This document shows positions 48,776-60,095 of a DNA stretch of 64,000 nt, piece after piece. The stretch is from assembly GCA_002269645.1 (NCBI GenBank), contig NIVC01000578.1:138549-202548 (forward strand), in the 5' to 3' direction. A program made the translations under genes and the position numbers. Every line of letters begins with the position of its first letter. Within the stretch, counting starts at the first letter, position 1. Source of the stretch: Macrostomum lignano (Eukaryota). The notes beneath the pieces were generated by a model. It was not told the DNA's origin. It did no database searches and was given only the letters and a program-made list of their open reading frames with translations.

Positions 48776-50375
48776 ATCGCGGCTGGCCGGGGAGCTCAAG
48801 TGGCAGCGCAGCTGCCCCGGCGGAAGCCAAAGTCGAACCCCCGCTGCCCCCCGGCTGGCCCTTTCCCAAGCCCCTCGAGTCCGTTGCTTTCTCATCCGAC
48901 CTCGCCACAGCCGCCTGGGAAGCTGAGCTGACTGACGACCCTGACCGCGAATTCCTGCTGAATGGCATCCGCAACGGTTTCCAACTCACCTGCCCTGACC
49001 CGTCAGAAAGAGCTTCAACTGTGTCAGAAACCCAGAACTACCTATCAGTCAACAGTGACCGGCAGCTGGTCGAGCAGCAGGTGCGGGAGGAAGTCCTAAA
49101 TGGCCGCTACGTTCAAGTCAGTGACAAGCCGGAGGTTATCAGTGCTCTTGGCGCCATTCCGAAGAGCAACAACAAGATTCGACTGATCCACGACTGCTCT
49201 AATCCTCCGGGTCTCTCCTTAAACAGCCAATTTTCTTCCAACTACCGAATCAAGTTCGAGACCGTCAGTAACTTCACCGCTAAGCTGCAACCCGGTTGGT
49301 TCATGGCCAAAGTCGACCTCGCCAATGCCTACCAGAGTGTCGGCATTAGCCCGCAGGATTTTCGGCTCACCGGTTTAAAGTGGAAATTTAGCAACCAGCG
49401 AAGCTCCTCGTACATCTGCGACACACGGCTCTCCTTCGGCGCTGCCGCCTCCGTTGAAATTTTTCACCGCCTCAGCCAGGCCGTCAAGCGCATGATGCAG
49501 AGACGGGGCTTCAACGATATCGGCAGTTATCTCGACGACTTCGCCGTAGCAGCCCCCAGCAAGGACGACTGCCAGCTCGCTCTCGACACCCTGCTCAATC
49601 TGCTGCGGAAGCTTGGCTTCTCCATCAACTGGAGCAAGGTGGTGGCGCCGTGCATCAGACTGGTTTACCTGGGCGTCCTCATCGACACCGTCAGCGGCCT
49701 GCTGGAGCTTCCGAAGGACAAGCTCGACGCCACCAAGTCTCAGCTGCAGTCCGCGCTCTCTCGAAAGCGCATCACCAAGCGCCAACTCCAATAGCTCTGT
49801 GACCGCATCAACTGGGTCTGCCAGGTGGTCCGCATCGGGAGATGCTTCCTGAGACCACTCCTGCTCGAGCTCGGCAACCTGAAGCAGCAGCGGCATAAAC
49901 TGCGCGTGCACAATGATCTCCGCGAGATCCTTAGCTGGTGGGACGCCTGCCTGGCCGCCTCCCCCAGCTGCAAAATCTGGTGTTTCACCGGGCCCAGCTG
50001 GGCCATCGAGTCCGACGCGTCCAACTGGGGCGGCTGCGGCATCATCTGCGGCTCAGACACCACCAGCTGGCTCATCATGGACTGGCACCGCGAGTCGACC
50101 GAGATCGAGCCGCTGCACATCAACTTCAAGGAAATTCTTGCTCCTGTGCTCACGGCCCTGCATTTCCAGCAGCAGCTGCAACCAGGCAGCCAGCTCGTCA
50201 TCTACTCTGACAGCACCACCGCAGTCGGCGCCATCAACAAGGGCTCGTCGCCAAATCGGCTCGTCAACTCGGCTCTGCAACAGCTGATGCTCCTCGCTGC
50301 GCACCGCGACCTCTCCGTCCAGGCCTTCCACGTCCCCGGGACATTCCAGATCTTCGCTGCTAGTGGCAGCCGAGC
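48664..50375 (+). pseudogene. DIRS/Ngaro-type reverse transcriptase - RNase H with an in-frame TAG (49792-49794); no tyrosine recombinase present
   Basis: WEAELTDDPDREFLLNGIRNGF, KIRLIHDCS, WFMAKVDLANAY, RLSFGAAAS, YLDDF, YLGVLID; after the stop ESDASNWGG, HINFKE, DSTTAVGAINKG, FHVPG...SR. Homology ends at the second ribozyme/LINE start. Confidence 0.85.
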
Positions 50376-50581
50376 GCATGCATTGGTGGGTTCAGCACGC
50401 CTGTGTAGCATGAGACAGACTAGGCTTATGAGCTAAGGTCTGCGATCCTACACACCTGCACCCCCTCTATTCTGGTGCAGGAATGGCAGGAGAACTCTCT
50501 CCAAGCTGACTCACAAGCCGACCCAGGGGTTCACGTCCCGCATGTGTTCAAGGCAGCTCTAGGGCTGCTGGACTGACTGGG
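50376..50581 (+). ncRNA. HDV/CPEB3-like self-cleaving ribozyme candidate 2, at the 5' end of LINE 2
   Basis: P1 GCAUGC 50376-381 / GCAUGU 50540-545 (G1.U); P2 CCCAG 50522-526 / CUGGG 50577-581; P3 GGG/CCC; L3 UUCACGU; P1.1 C50532-G50546 plus U.U; P4 GCAGCU/GGCUGC; predicted catalytic C50573 in C-U-G-A. Folded by hand only. Confidence 0.78.
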
Positions 50582-52865
50582 CTCCGGCGGCGGCAAACCC
50601 ACCCGTAGTCTTGACCTCGGTCTTGGCTGTGTTGGGTACGGGCTCCGCCCGGAAGTGAACCTGTGCGTATCAGGTACCTCTGGCCACGGCTCTGAGGAAC
50701 AGGTATCCCCCTCTGACCTTAACAGGGTATGCGGCCAGTCCGCAGGCTCCGGGGACAGCCTCTTGTCCCCCCAGGGCCCAGTGTAGTACCGCGCTGATGG
50801 TCCTTTGGTTCGGCCTCTGGTTTCTCCAAGCCGGGCTCTTAGCTGGGGACTTTCTCGGTTGCTAGCGGTCGGGCCGGTAAGGGCTTAAGCCACCCCCCGG
50901 TCGCTATCTTTTGGCTGGATGTTGGGTTTGCGGTTACGGCCCAGCAGCTTCTCACCTTTAGTCCCCATTCGCTTTTCACGACTCATGGAGTATTCATTTA
51001 CCTCCGACACGTCCGAGGCTGCTGGAGCACCAACCGAGGTTGGTACCGCGGCCCAGCCGGACATTTGCAACACCGGAACCCCCTGTGCCTCCCAGTCAGC
51101 CCCTGCCGCCGCTCAGGACAATACCAAAGCGGCTGGACAACAGGACAGCGGACCTCAGACCTCTAAGAAGAAGGCCCGTAGCATTGCTCGCTACAAAGCT
51201 TTTCTCCAGCGCAAAGCGGAGGAGCGGAGAAGAGCGAAAGCCTCCCCTCCGGCCGCCTCCGAGGAGGGTGCCGGTAACTCTGCGAATCCCGCGGAGGAGC
51301 CGACATCCGACAAGGGGGCGGACCCCGCGCGCCGGTCAGAAGCGTCAGGTGCCGCCGAAGCTCCTGGTGCGGCTGGCCCCTCCCGTGGCGGGACCTCTGC
51401 CCGTGTGGAAACTCCCACGGCCGCGGAGGGATCCAAAGCAGGGGGTGCTGGCCAAACCGCTAAGCCGAAGCGCACCTATGCGGCTATGGCCAAGAGGCAG
51501 CCGGTGCTGATCATTCAAGGCCAGGAGACGCCTCTTACGGCCGAAAAGCTCGATCAAATCTGGCGCAGGTTGGACTCCCACCTGGTCAAGATGGCCTTGA
51601 GCGGTACCGCTATTCAAGTCCAAAAGACGAAAGTCGAGGACCAAGCCCTTCATATCCAGCCCGCCGACAGACAGTCTGGGCAGCAGCTCCTCGAATGCTG
51701 AAAGCCTTCGACTGGGGTACGGAGCTGGAGAACCTGTTCATCTACAGGGAGGACAAGCGACCCCGGACACACCGGCACCGTGCCTGGATTCCGGCTCGCA
51801 GCTGCATCACCAAGGCCGACGAGCTGCGTCACCTGCTAGTGGCTTCCAACCCGGAGCTACCGGCCAATGGTGTCGTAGTTCACGAGACCATCTCCAAGCC
51901 GGGCGGAGACGGTTTCACGGCTATTCTTGGACTGTCGGATAGCTGGATGCTCCGCTACCCGGACATGTCCATCATCTCTGTCGGACTGTTGCAGATTCAG
52001 CTCTTTAGCTTCGAGTCTGACGCCACCCGCCCACCGCCCCCAGAGAAACGTAAGCGGGCAGTCGGGGGCTCTGCCGGGCGGAAACGCCCAGGAAAAGAAG
52101 CTCCCGGCCGTCACGACCCCTCCGAGGACGTGGACCCTGTCAGAGGGAAAGCCGCGAAAGCTGCAGCAACAGGCGGACGTGGAAAGGGCCGGAAACCCGC
52201 CCGGAACACTATCCGCTCTGGTCTGACTCAGCGCGCGAAGCAGCTGCTGGACACCGCCAAGGTCAACAACCGCAGCAACCCCCAGACCAGTGTCACAACT
52301 GCCCACCCCTGGAAAACCGGGCCGAGAGCGAGAATGCCGCCCTGGTGGTGGCCCCGCCCTCGACCATGGAGACCATCCGGGAGGAGCCCATGGAACTGGA
52401 GCCTGAAGCCAACAGCGAGGCAGAAGAGGCAGCCCTCCTGCACAACTCGCCCTGAGCCGACAGGAAGCTGCGCGGACCACTCGTGGAATCCCCGGAGTGG
52501 ACATCCTGCATCGCGGCCTCTACCAACCTGATGCAGTTTCAAACTTCGTGATTCTACTTCAGGAGCCCTGGACGAAGAAAGGTAAGATTCTGAATATTCC
52601 TGCTGGTTTTGACTTTTTCAGGACCCTCAAAACCCCAGAGCAGCTATTTTCGTATCTACCCACCTCAAAGCTTGGCACAGACCGGACCTCTCTGACAGAG
52701 ACCTCTGTGTCATCATCGCCTCGATTTATATCCCTGGCGATGGCCCCGCGGTTCCACCCAACCTCACTTCCCTCGTGGACTACTGCTCTGACCGCAGGTT
52801 CGAGCTGTTGGTGGCGGGCGACGCCAACGCCCACAACACACACTGGGGCAGTAACACCTCCAACA
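50376..52865 (+). mobile_element. 3'-truncated, frameshifted LOA-like LINE (5' UTR, ORF1 and start of the endonuclease)
   Basis: ORF1 from ATG 50985 with a frameshift at ~51695 (RTYAAMA; HRHRAWIP...LLVASNPELP), homologous to ORF1 of the minus-strand LINE; APE fragments ILLQEPW, PRAAI, ASIY, AGDANAHNTHWGS; ends abruptly near 52865. Confidence 0.82.
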
Positions 52866-53527
52866 GCACAATCTACCTCAATCTACCCCAACACATCTAT
52901 CTACCCCAACACACCCCTCGTGTCCCCCATTAGACGCCTAAATATGGTGTTAAAACCACAATCTCTATCTGTAGTCGTAATTTTACATACTACTACATAG
53001 TACCCCCATAGACATCAAAAACACACACTACACACACTATTACAAAAACGCCCCAATACAATAAATACATAAAAACAAACTAATTAAGATTATGTAAAAT
53101 TACAAAATTTTCGCAAAAATCGAGCTCTAAAATTAGCATTTAAAAATGTAAAATTTTCGTTAAAATTGTATAAAAAATAGATATAGGATGTGTTACGAGT
53201 ATCTATCTTAATAATCTTTAAGAAAACGGAAGAAGAATTTTTAAGGTAGTAAATTTCGAGTGTTTTAGCAACACATTTAAGCCGCGGAGGCAAAGACAGC
53301 AATGCATTTAACACATCTCGGAGATTCCAAATAAACAACATGCAGATTCCAAACAAGCAACTAGGAGATTCCGAATAAACATCTAGTGGATTCCAAATAA
53401 CCAACTTGGAGATTCTAAACAACCAACTAGGAGATTCCGAATAAACATCAACGATGTACAGCTTTCTATAGTATATGGATGCATTATACCAAAATTTAGT
53501 GCAAATCTTAAATGTTTAAGTACATTT

Positions 53528-54180
53528 TTGGATAATTATGGAGAGAAGATTAAAATAGATGGAATAAAAGAGTGGTTATGTCTAGAAATACCGATTCTTA
53601 CAAAAAAATATAATCTATTAAAAGAATTAAGAGAGCAAGGTATCGATTTCCATAAGAAAATAATAGAGCGTCTACCAGAGCAAACAGAACAGCAAATAGA
53701 ACAAACAACAGTAGAAAAATTACTGCAGAATAACCAAATAGATCCCAAAGCTTTTGGACTTGAACCCGGAGCAGATAAAACTCTACTAGGACACAAACTA
53801 TTAATAGAAAACTTAAAAAACAACAATTTACTATCCGATGTTGGTAATATCGATTATACATACAACGAAACACACTCAAGAATCAAGTCGCATTAACAGA
53901 TTTATTTTGCGACAATATAATGCTCCTTAAGATTACATCCGCAAACGACATTCGAAACTACAACGAAGGAGATCCAATTCCAAAACAATTCTTAATTACG
54001 GAGCAGCATACAGGAGCACACAATTCCTTTATTCGCGGGGCTTTTCGCGATTTTGCAACACAACCACATTCCGTTAAAGCTAAACGAACACTAAATTTAC
54101 ATACAGACAACGCAGAGAAAATTTATACTAAAAAACTATCGCTGGTGCAAGAAAAGTTATTGTTCTACATTTGCAAATAA
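53528..54180 (+). other. Two tandem A-rich ORFs of unknown function (53528-53896, 53920-54180), followed by AATAAA
   Basis: Open frames of 122 and 86 aa in an AT-rich block; no recognisable motif; 22 bp repeats upstream (53320-53450). Confidence 0.3.
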
Positions 54181-55140
54181 ATAAAGAGACGTATGGCAAC
54201 CCATACGTTGGTGTTACCCAGTGGGAAATTCTGGTACGCCCAAGGGTGCGCAGACCGCGGCGCCCGGTGGCCTGTGGCCGGTAGCGGGGCGCACTCTTTG
54301 TCCAGTCGGGGCGCCGGCCTTATACCCGGCGCCCGGTGGACTGCCCAATAAATTAAGGCAAGAATTGGTTTACTCTACTAACAGTAGTATGCAGGGCTTT
54401 TACTGATATATTTTGCTCTGGCAGCAGCCTAGCTTTCTGGTTGTTTCAAAATTGAATTTATTTCCAAATAATTTTCAGAGCCATCCGATTTTTTTAAGCA
54501 ATTGTCTCTTCCATTATAAATTTAAACAACCTTGCTGCTACCTGCTTACGAAGTTTGCCTTTTGTAAATTTTTTTGCAGTTCTTTAGAAAATTAGTTTGA
54601 GTCTATGAATGAAATCGAATAAGAAACTTGAATGTAATGAAATTTGAATTTATTTAGCGAAGTTAAATGGAACTGATATTAAAACACAATATTAGAACGA
54701 AAAATAGTTAAGTTTTTGGCAACAAAGGTGTTGAAAGAATGTCAGTTTTAAAATCATTTTGACAGCATTTACTCGTAAAATACGTGCTCTCATAATTAGA
54801 AGATTTTAAATTGTCCATCATCCAGCTCTCGCTGATCTTCGGACCAGTTTGATCCACTTGATTCGGTTTCGTCATCAGATTCGAGAGAGCAGTCAGTGCG
54901 GTAGTTGGTTTTTGACTTTGCTGAACGGGGGCGATGGTTGTTCCGCTTTCGAGGCTGAGAATCCAACTGAATACTCGCTCGCTTTCTGGATTGGGAGCTC
55001 GGCTTTGCTGTCGCCGCTGGCGGCACTTCTCCCGCTGATAGTCGCGATGGTGTCTGTGACATTGGAAAGAAAACAAAAAATTACTGCATGCACATTTTAT
55101 CTTACTGATAGTAGTATTTAATGCTTAGCAATCATAGTAT

Positions 55141-57703
55141 TCATCGTTCATTATTCAGTTTAGATACGTTTTTACTCACTAGGGAAAAAGAAGATGAATG
55201 GCTGTGTCTTTGCACGGCGCTGCCAGAAGCGGGACTTTGAGTCGCTGCCACCAAAGACCGTCTTTGCACGGCGCTGCCAGAAGCGGGACTTTGAGTCGCT
55301 GCCACCAGAGATCGTCTTTGCACGGCGCTGCCAGAAGCGGGGCTTGGAGTCGCTGCCACCAGAGACTGTCTTTTTACGGCGCTGCCAGAAGCGGGGCTTG
55401 GAGTCGCTGCCACCAGAGACTGTCTTTGTACGGCGCTGCCAGAAGCGGGACTTTGAGTCGCTGCCACCAGAGACTGTCTTTGTACGGCGCTGCCAGAAGC
55501 GGGGCTTGGAGTCGCTGCCACCAGAGACTGTCTTTGTACGGCGCTGCCAGAAGCGGGGCTTGGAGTCGCTGCCACCAGAGACTGTCTTTGTACGGCGCTG
55601 CCAGAAGCGGGACTTTGAGTCGCTGCCACCAGAGACTGTCTTTGTACGGCGCTGCCAGAAGCGGGGCTTGGAGTCGCTGCCACCAGAGACTGTCTTTGTA
55701 CGGCGCTGTCAGAAGCGGGGCTTTGAGTCTGGACTCCGGAAAGCAGCTGGCTTCCTGTGCGATGCGACCGCCCCTTTAATCGGTCACCGCCATGCTTTAG
55801 CTGCTGTCTGCAAGTATTTCTTACAGATTGTTCAGAGGGCCTGCCGGCTTCAGCGGTCGCGCCATAGATGAATGTGATTGCTTCTGTTAGGAAAAAAGTT
55901 GAAAGTTACTATGAATAGCATGCACTGTGCTCGACTAATTTCTTGATATTTAGCTCTAAAAGTCTCATTGAACGTTGATTAAGTAGACTTACTTTGGAAA
56001 TGGCTGAGCAGAGTGCTCTGAAATCCAAGCTGCGCATCAGTAAGGTTGGTCGCAACTCCAGCAGCAACAGCTCGGCTTCGCATGTCTGACCCGATTAAAT
56101 TAATAACCGCCTGCATCTCTTTCGACAAGCTCTCGTTAAGCATTGCCATTAAAGCATCGGACCACTTGTCTCGCTTGCATGAACGTAGCAGGCTCTTCTG
56201 TTTAGATTTTTACAGGTGAGAATACTTATAGATTATTATTTCAGTGATAGTACTAGTGCGCTTTGAGTAGTAGTTAGAGCATTTCTTCTAATGAAAAGAA
56301 AATAAAAAACTCTGTCATGAACTTACCAAAGTAGAAATATGTTCATTTGGACTGGAAGCGAATTGCACATATTTTTCCCAGGAGTTGATCGGCCAGAATG
56401 AAGGCTCAGAATTATCAGTTGGAATGTCAGCGCCAACAGGTTCCAAAAAGCGTAGCACGCTCTGCACTTCAGTGCGCATTGCGGTGATTTGTTTGGTCAA
56501 ACTATTTTCTAATGCTTTCAATTCATTCTTGCGCATAGTAAGTTCGCGTAGGGCATATAAGGACAGAAACTTGATGCCTCTTGGACTTTCCAGCTCAAAG
56601 CTAACACCGGCTTGGATCTGCTCTTCTAGTTTTCTAAGAAAGCCAGAACCAAAATTAAAAGATGAAATGGTGGGAGGCGACTTAGGAATCGTCGATCGAT
56701 CATCTGCTACGAACTCAGCTTCTATTTCAGCTTCCGCCTCAGCTTCCACCTCAGCTCCCATCTCAGCTTCCACCTCAGCTTCCGCCTCAGCTTCCGCCTC
56801 AGCTCCCATCTCAGCTTCCACCTCAGCTCCGATCTCAGCTTCCACCTCATCTTCCGCTTCAGCTTCCGCCTCAGCTTCCACTTCAGCTTCCGCCTCAGCT
56901 TCCACTTCAGCTTCCGCCTCAGCTTCCGCCTCAGCTTCCATATCGGCGTCTACGCCAGCTTCTGCTTCATCATCACTAATAGGAGGCATTGGCGCTAACT
57001 GTGCAATCGTAGGCGGATGTTGTTTAGGCAGCAAAGCTGGAGGTTGCAAACAGCGGCTGCTCTTATCTTCGAAGATTGCCTCGGAATCGGTGGCTGAGCC
57101 GTCTGACAGATTCTGTTTGGGATGGTTACGGCATGAGAAATTATCAAGTTAATGTCAGTTTTAAAGATTATTTTCACATTTAATTTCTTCCCTTTTCTTA
57201 AAAAATAGTTTAAAAGGTAAAACGGAGAAAACAAAGTTCTCGATAAAAATTATATGGGCTGTGCTTAATTTTACCTTAGTCTGGTAATGCCTTCGTGCTT
57301 TCTTCATGTCACGCTCCTGAAAGACTCTGGGTTGAACCAACTCGAGAATTCGGTTCAGTCGGGTCTTTTTGGCCACCAATTCACGCACAAAGCGGAAGCT
57401 CCCAGGCTCTAGGTTGTTGCTTAGTATTACCTTTAAATTAATGAGAAAATATGAGCGTACAAATATTAGATCGATTCAAGAATTTTAACATTTCAATCGT
57501 TGGGATCGGTTGCTTACCTGAATAATTAGAGCAGAGTAAAAACAGCCTTCATACAAGGCTTCACACTTCCACTTCTCAGTGGAGTCCCTCTTTTCTAACC
57601 ATTCCTCTTCCTTAAGGTTTTGAAAGCCTTCAGGAAGCTTCACTTCGCTTTCCGAGACCTCAACAATTTGACGGTCGTCTTTAAAGATCACTAAAAACTT
57701 CAT
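55141..57703 (-). CDS. Five-exon transposon-associated protein (691 aa), DUF4806-like accessory protein
   Basis: Phase-consistent GT-AG exons: 57703-57518, 57430-57275, 57112-56327, 56197-55993, 55883-55141 (2076 nt). Acidic EAEAEV tract, coiled coil, [12 protein letters not shown] motif and ten in-frame 18-aa repeats. The domain call is from recalled motif resemblance only. Confidence 0.7.
55200..55730. repeat. 54 bp coding minisatellite (SLVAAT[PQ][11 protein letters not shown] on the minus strand)
   Basis: About 10 copies in frame within the last exon of the partner gene. Confidence 0.93.
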
Positions 57704-58067
57704 TGTAGCATGCAGACTAGACTATGCTAGTGCAAAACTGAGTACCAAATAAAGCAAGAGTTTGGAGCTCACACTATAGTTTATGCTTATTTAATGATTC
57801 AGTGGTTTAGGTTGCTTCTAGAAGCAATTGTCTTCTATAGTTCTTCGAATGAAAAAGGCCGCCCTGGCTTTTCCAATTTCATTGGCCCTACCGTCCCCGC
57901 ATCCATACCTGTCCAATCAGCGCGCACAAACCCCCAAAGGAATAGTTTTCAATTCTTCCCAGCTTTTGTTCATATCCTTTCTTTAATACGAAATAAGCAA
58001 TCGTAGTAATTACTTTATTATTATTACAACAGTCAACTATCATCAAAGTCTGATTCGGACGAAAACA

Positions 58068-60095
58068 ATGACAAGGCAATTGAGGCGACAAGCAAATAAG
58101 GATTTGCTGGGCTTGTTCATGGAAGGAGAACAAGAAGCTTTGGAAGACATCGCACTGCAAGAGAAAAAAAGAAAAGTATTCGAAGCAGATGATTCTGGGA
58201 GAGTCGCCGGTTTCATCGCTTCGGAGTCCTCTGTAGCAGAAGTCAATGAAGGTACGGATCCAGATCTTGACAACGACAATGGCAGCTATCCTGATTTTGA
58301 CGAGTTCGCGCGAGTTTGCAGCGATGAAGATGAGGAGATTGACAAGAAAGAGGATGACCGCTCTTTAGAAGATAAAATATTCGCCTTGCTGGTAGTCTAC
58401 TTTTCTTGTTTCAACCTAAGTCGTGGATCTAAAAAATTCCTTGTTGATGGTCTAAGAGACATAGGCTTGCCTGCGCCGAAGTCTGTCAACTCTATTGAGG
58501 CCGTCATCAATGCTGGCGATCCAACGGAAAAATTGGAGCCCATGGGAAAAGGCCATTTTCGCTACATTTCGATTCTGAAAAATCTAGAACTAATGTTTCG
58601 CAAAAACCAGCTGCACATGAAGCCAGAATATCTACAACACGATAGTGAAACTGAGAAGGTTTACAAAATTGAAGCCATCGTTAATTTTGACGGCTTGCCT
58701 TTGTACCGAGCAAGCCACTTCGGTCTTTGGCCCATACTTATGTCTATTCCCAGCATATTCAGCAGACCTTTTCCAGTAGCCGTATGGGCTGGTTGTGGCA
58801 AGCCACCTCTGAATGATTATCTTCGACAATTTTGCGACGAGGCTAAACGTTTTCTTACGGGTCCAATAAAAATTATCGAAAATTTAAGCATCAGCTTCTC
58901 GACTATCCGATTTGTTTGCGATGCGCCTGCTCGAGCCTGGGTCTCAGTAACTCAAGGGCACATGTCGTACGTCGGTTGCATGTACTGCAGGGCTACTGGA
59001 CCTTATACCGACAACAGAGTAACATTTTCAACGAGCGTCGGGGAGTCTCGTAGCAGCCAACAATACCGAGAGGGAAAGGAGTCTAACCAGGAAAATAAAA
59101 AAATCGCTCTATCGCCCCTTCTAAATTTGCCTAACATTAGTTTTGTCGATGCTTTTCCCCCTGACTACCAGCATGCCGTATGCCTTGGAGTCACAAGGAA
59201 GCTATTTTACCTATTTTTCGACAAATCTAATGGCAAGAAGTGTCTCGTCTATCCCGGTCCGATGAGCCTATTGGGCGACCGAATTACTATGGCTGCCGGT
59301 TGGACACCTTCAAACTTTCAACGAAGACCCCGGAAAATCGACTTGGAACTGAAGCACATGAAGGCTACTGAATTCAGACAGTACTTGCTGTACCTAGGAC
59401 CTGTCCTCTTCAAAGGCATTTTAAATGAAGAAAGGTATAACCACTTTCTTTACCTCCATTTCGCCATTTACGCATACTCCAACGAAAGGTACTCCAAGTG
59501 GTGGACGCAGGCAAAAACTTGCATTGAAGTTTTTGTTGAACGGGCTGCCCACCTTTACGGCCAGAAGTTTATAAGTTTCAATCTTCACACTATTCTTCAT
59601 TTGGATGAGTTTGTCCGAAAGCTAGGCAGTTTAAACAACTTTTCGACTTTCCCTTTCGAAAACTTTCTTGGATCTGTAAAGCGCCGCGTAAAGGTGACAA
59701 GGCACATGGCAGCGCATTCAGTTAAGCAGGTGCTCAGAGTTCGCGATCTTCTGTTGAATGAGCAGCGAATTCCACCGTTGAAATTCAGCACAAAGCGAGG
59801 TGATAATTGTTGCATAATCGACAAAGTATGCGTCCTAATCGAAGCTGTAAGTGAAGCTAATCAAGTCACTGGCAGGATTTTACACCCAGTTGACAACATC
59901 TACGCCAACCCATATCCATCTTTGCGTCTGGGAATCGGCTTGTACAGGATGACATCTGGTGTTCTAACTGGCACACCTGAGCGAAAGTGCTGGATTTTGC
60001 CTGCGAATCTGCTTGCCAATCTTGCTGGAGCGGACAGGGATCCAGCAAGCCATTTTTTTGTCATTCCTCTGACAGGTGACTCCGAGGAGGCCTGA
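58068..60095 (+). CDS. CACTA/EnSpm-family (animal-type) DDE transposase, 675 aa, intact
   Basis: NFDGLPLY..SHFGLWPIL, RFVCDAPARAW...GH..Y.GC.YC, PPDYQHAVCLGV, KATEFRQYLLY.GPV, FISFNLH.ILHL, FSTFPFENFLG.VKR. Confidence 0.88.
   Translation: MTRQLRRQANKDLLGLFMEGEQEALEDIALQEKKRKVFEADDSGRVAGFIASESSVAEVNEGTDPDLDNDNGSYPDFDEFARVCSDEDEEIDKKEDDRSLEDKIFALLVVYFSCFNLSRGSKKFLVDGLRDIGLPAPKSVNSIEAVINAGDPTEKLEPMGKGHFRYISILKNLELMFRKNQLHMKPEYLQHDSETEKVYKIEAIVNFDGLPLYRASHFGLWPILMSIPSIFSRPFPVAVWAGCGKPPLNDYLRQFCDEAKRFLTGPIKIIENLSISFSTIRFVCDAPARAWVSVTQGHMSYVGCMYCRATGPYTDNRVTFSTSVGESRSSQQYREGKESNQENKKIALSPLLNLPNISFVDAFPPDYQHAVCLGVTRKLFYLFFDKSNGKKCLVYPGPMSLLGDRITMAAGWTPSNFQRRPRKIDLELKHMKATEFRQYLLYLGPVLFKGILNEERYNHFLYLHFAIYAYSNERYSKWWTQAKTCIEVFVERAAHLYGQKFISFNLHTILHLDEFVRKLGSLNNFSTFPFENFLGSVKRRVKVTRHMAAHSVKQVLRVRDLLLNEQRIPPLKFSTKRGDNCCIIDKVCVLIEAVSEANQVTGRILHPVDNIYANPYPSLRLGIGLYRMTSGVLTGTPERKCWILPANLLANLAGADRDPASHFFVIPLTGDSEEA

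Noticed and set aside
49789-49800. Programmed read-through at CAA-TAG-CTC in the DIRS RT-RNase H frame
   Set aside because: The position corresponds to the conserved QLQSL.G.LNW region, so a TCG-to-TAG nonsense change is simpler; the context lacks the CARYYA read-through motif.
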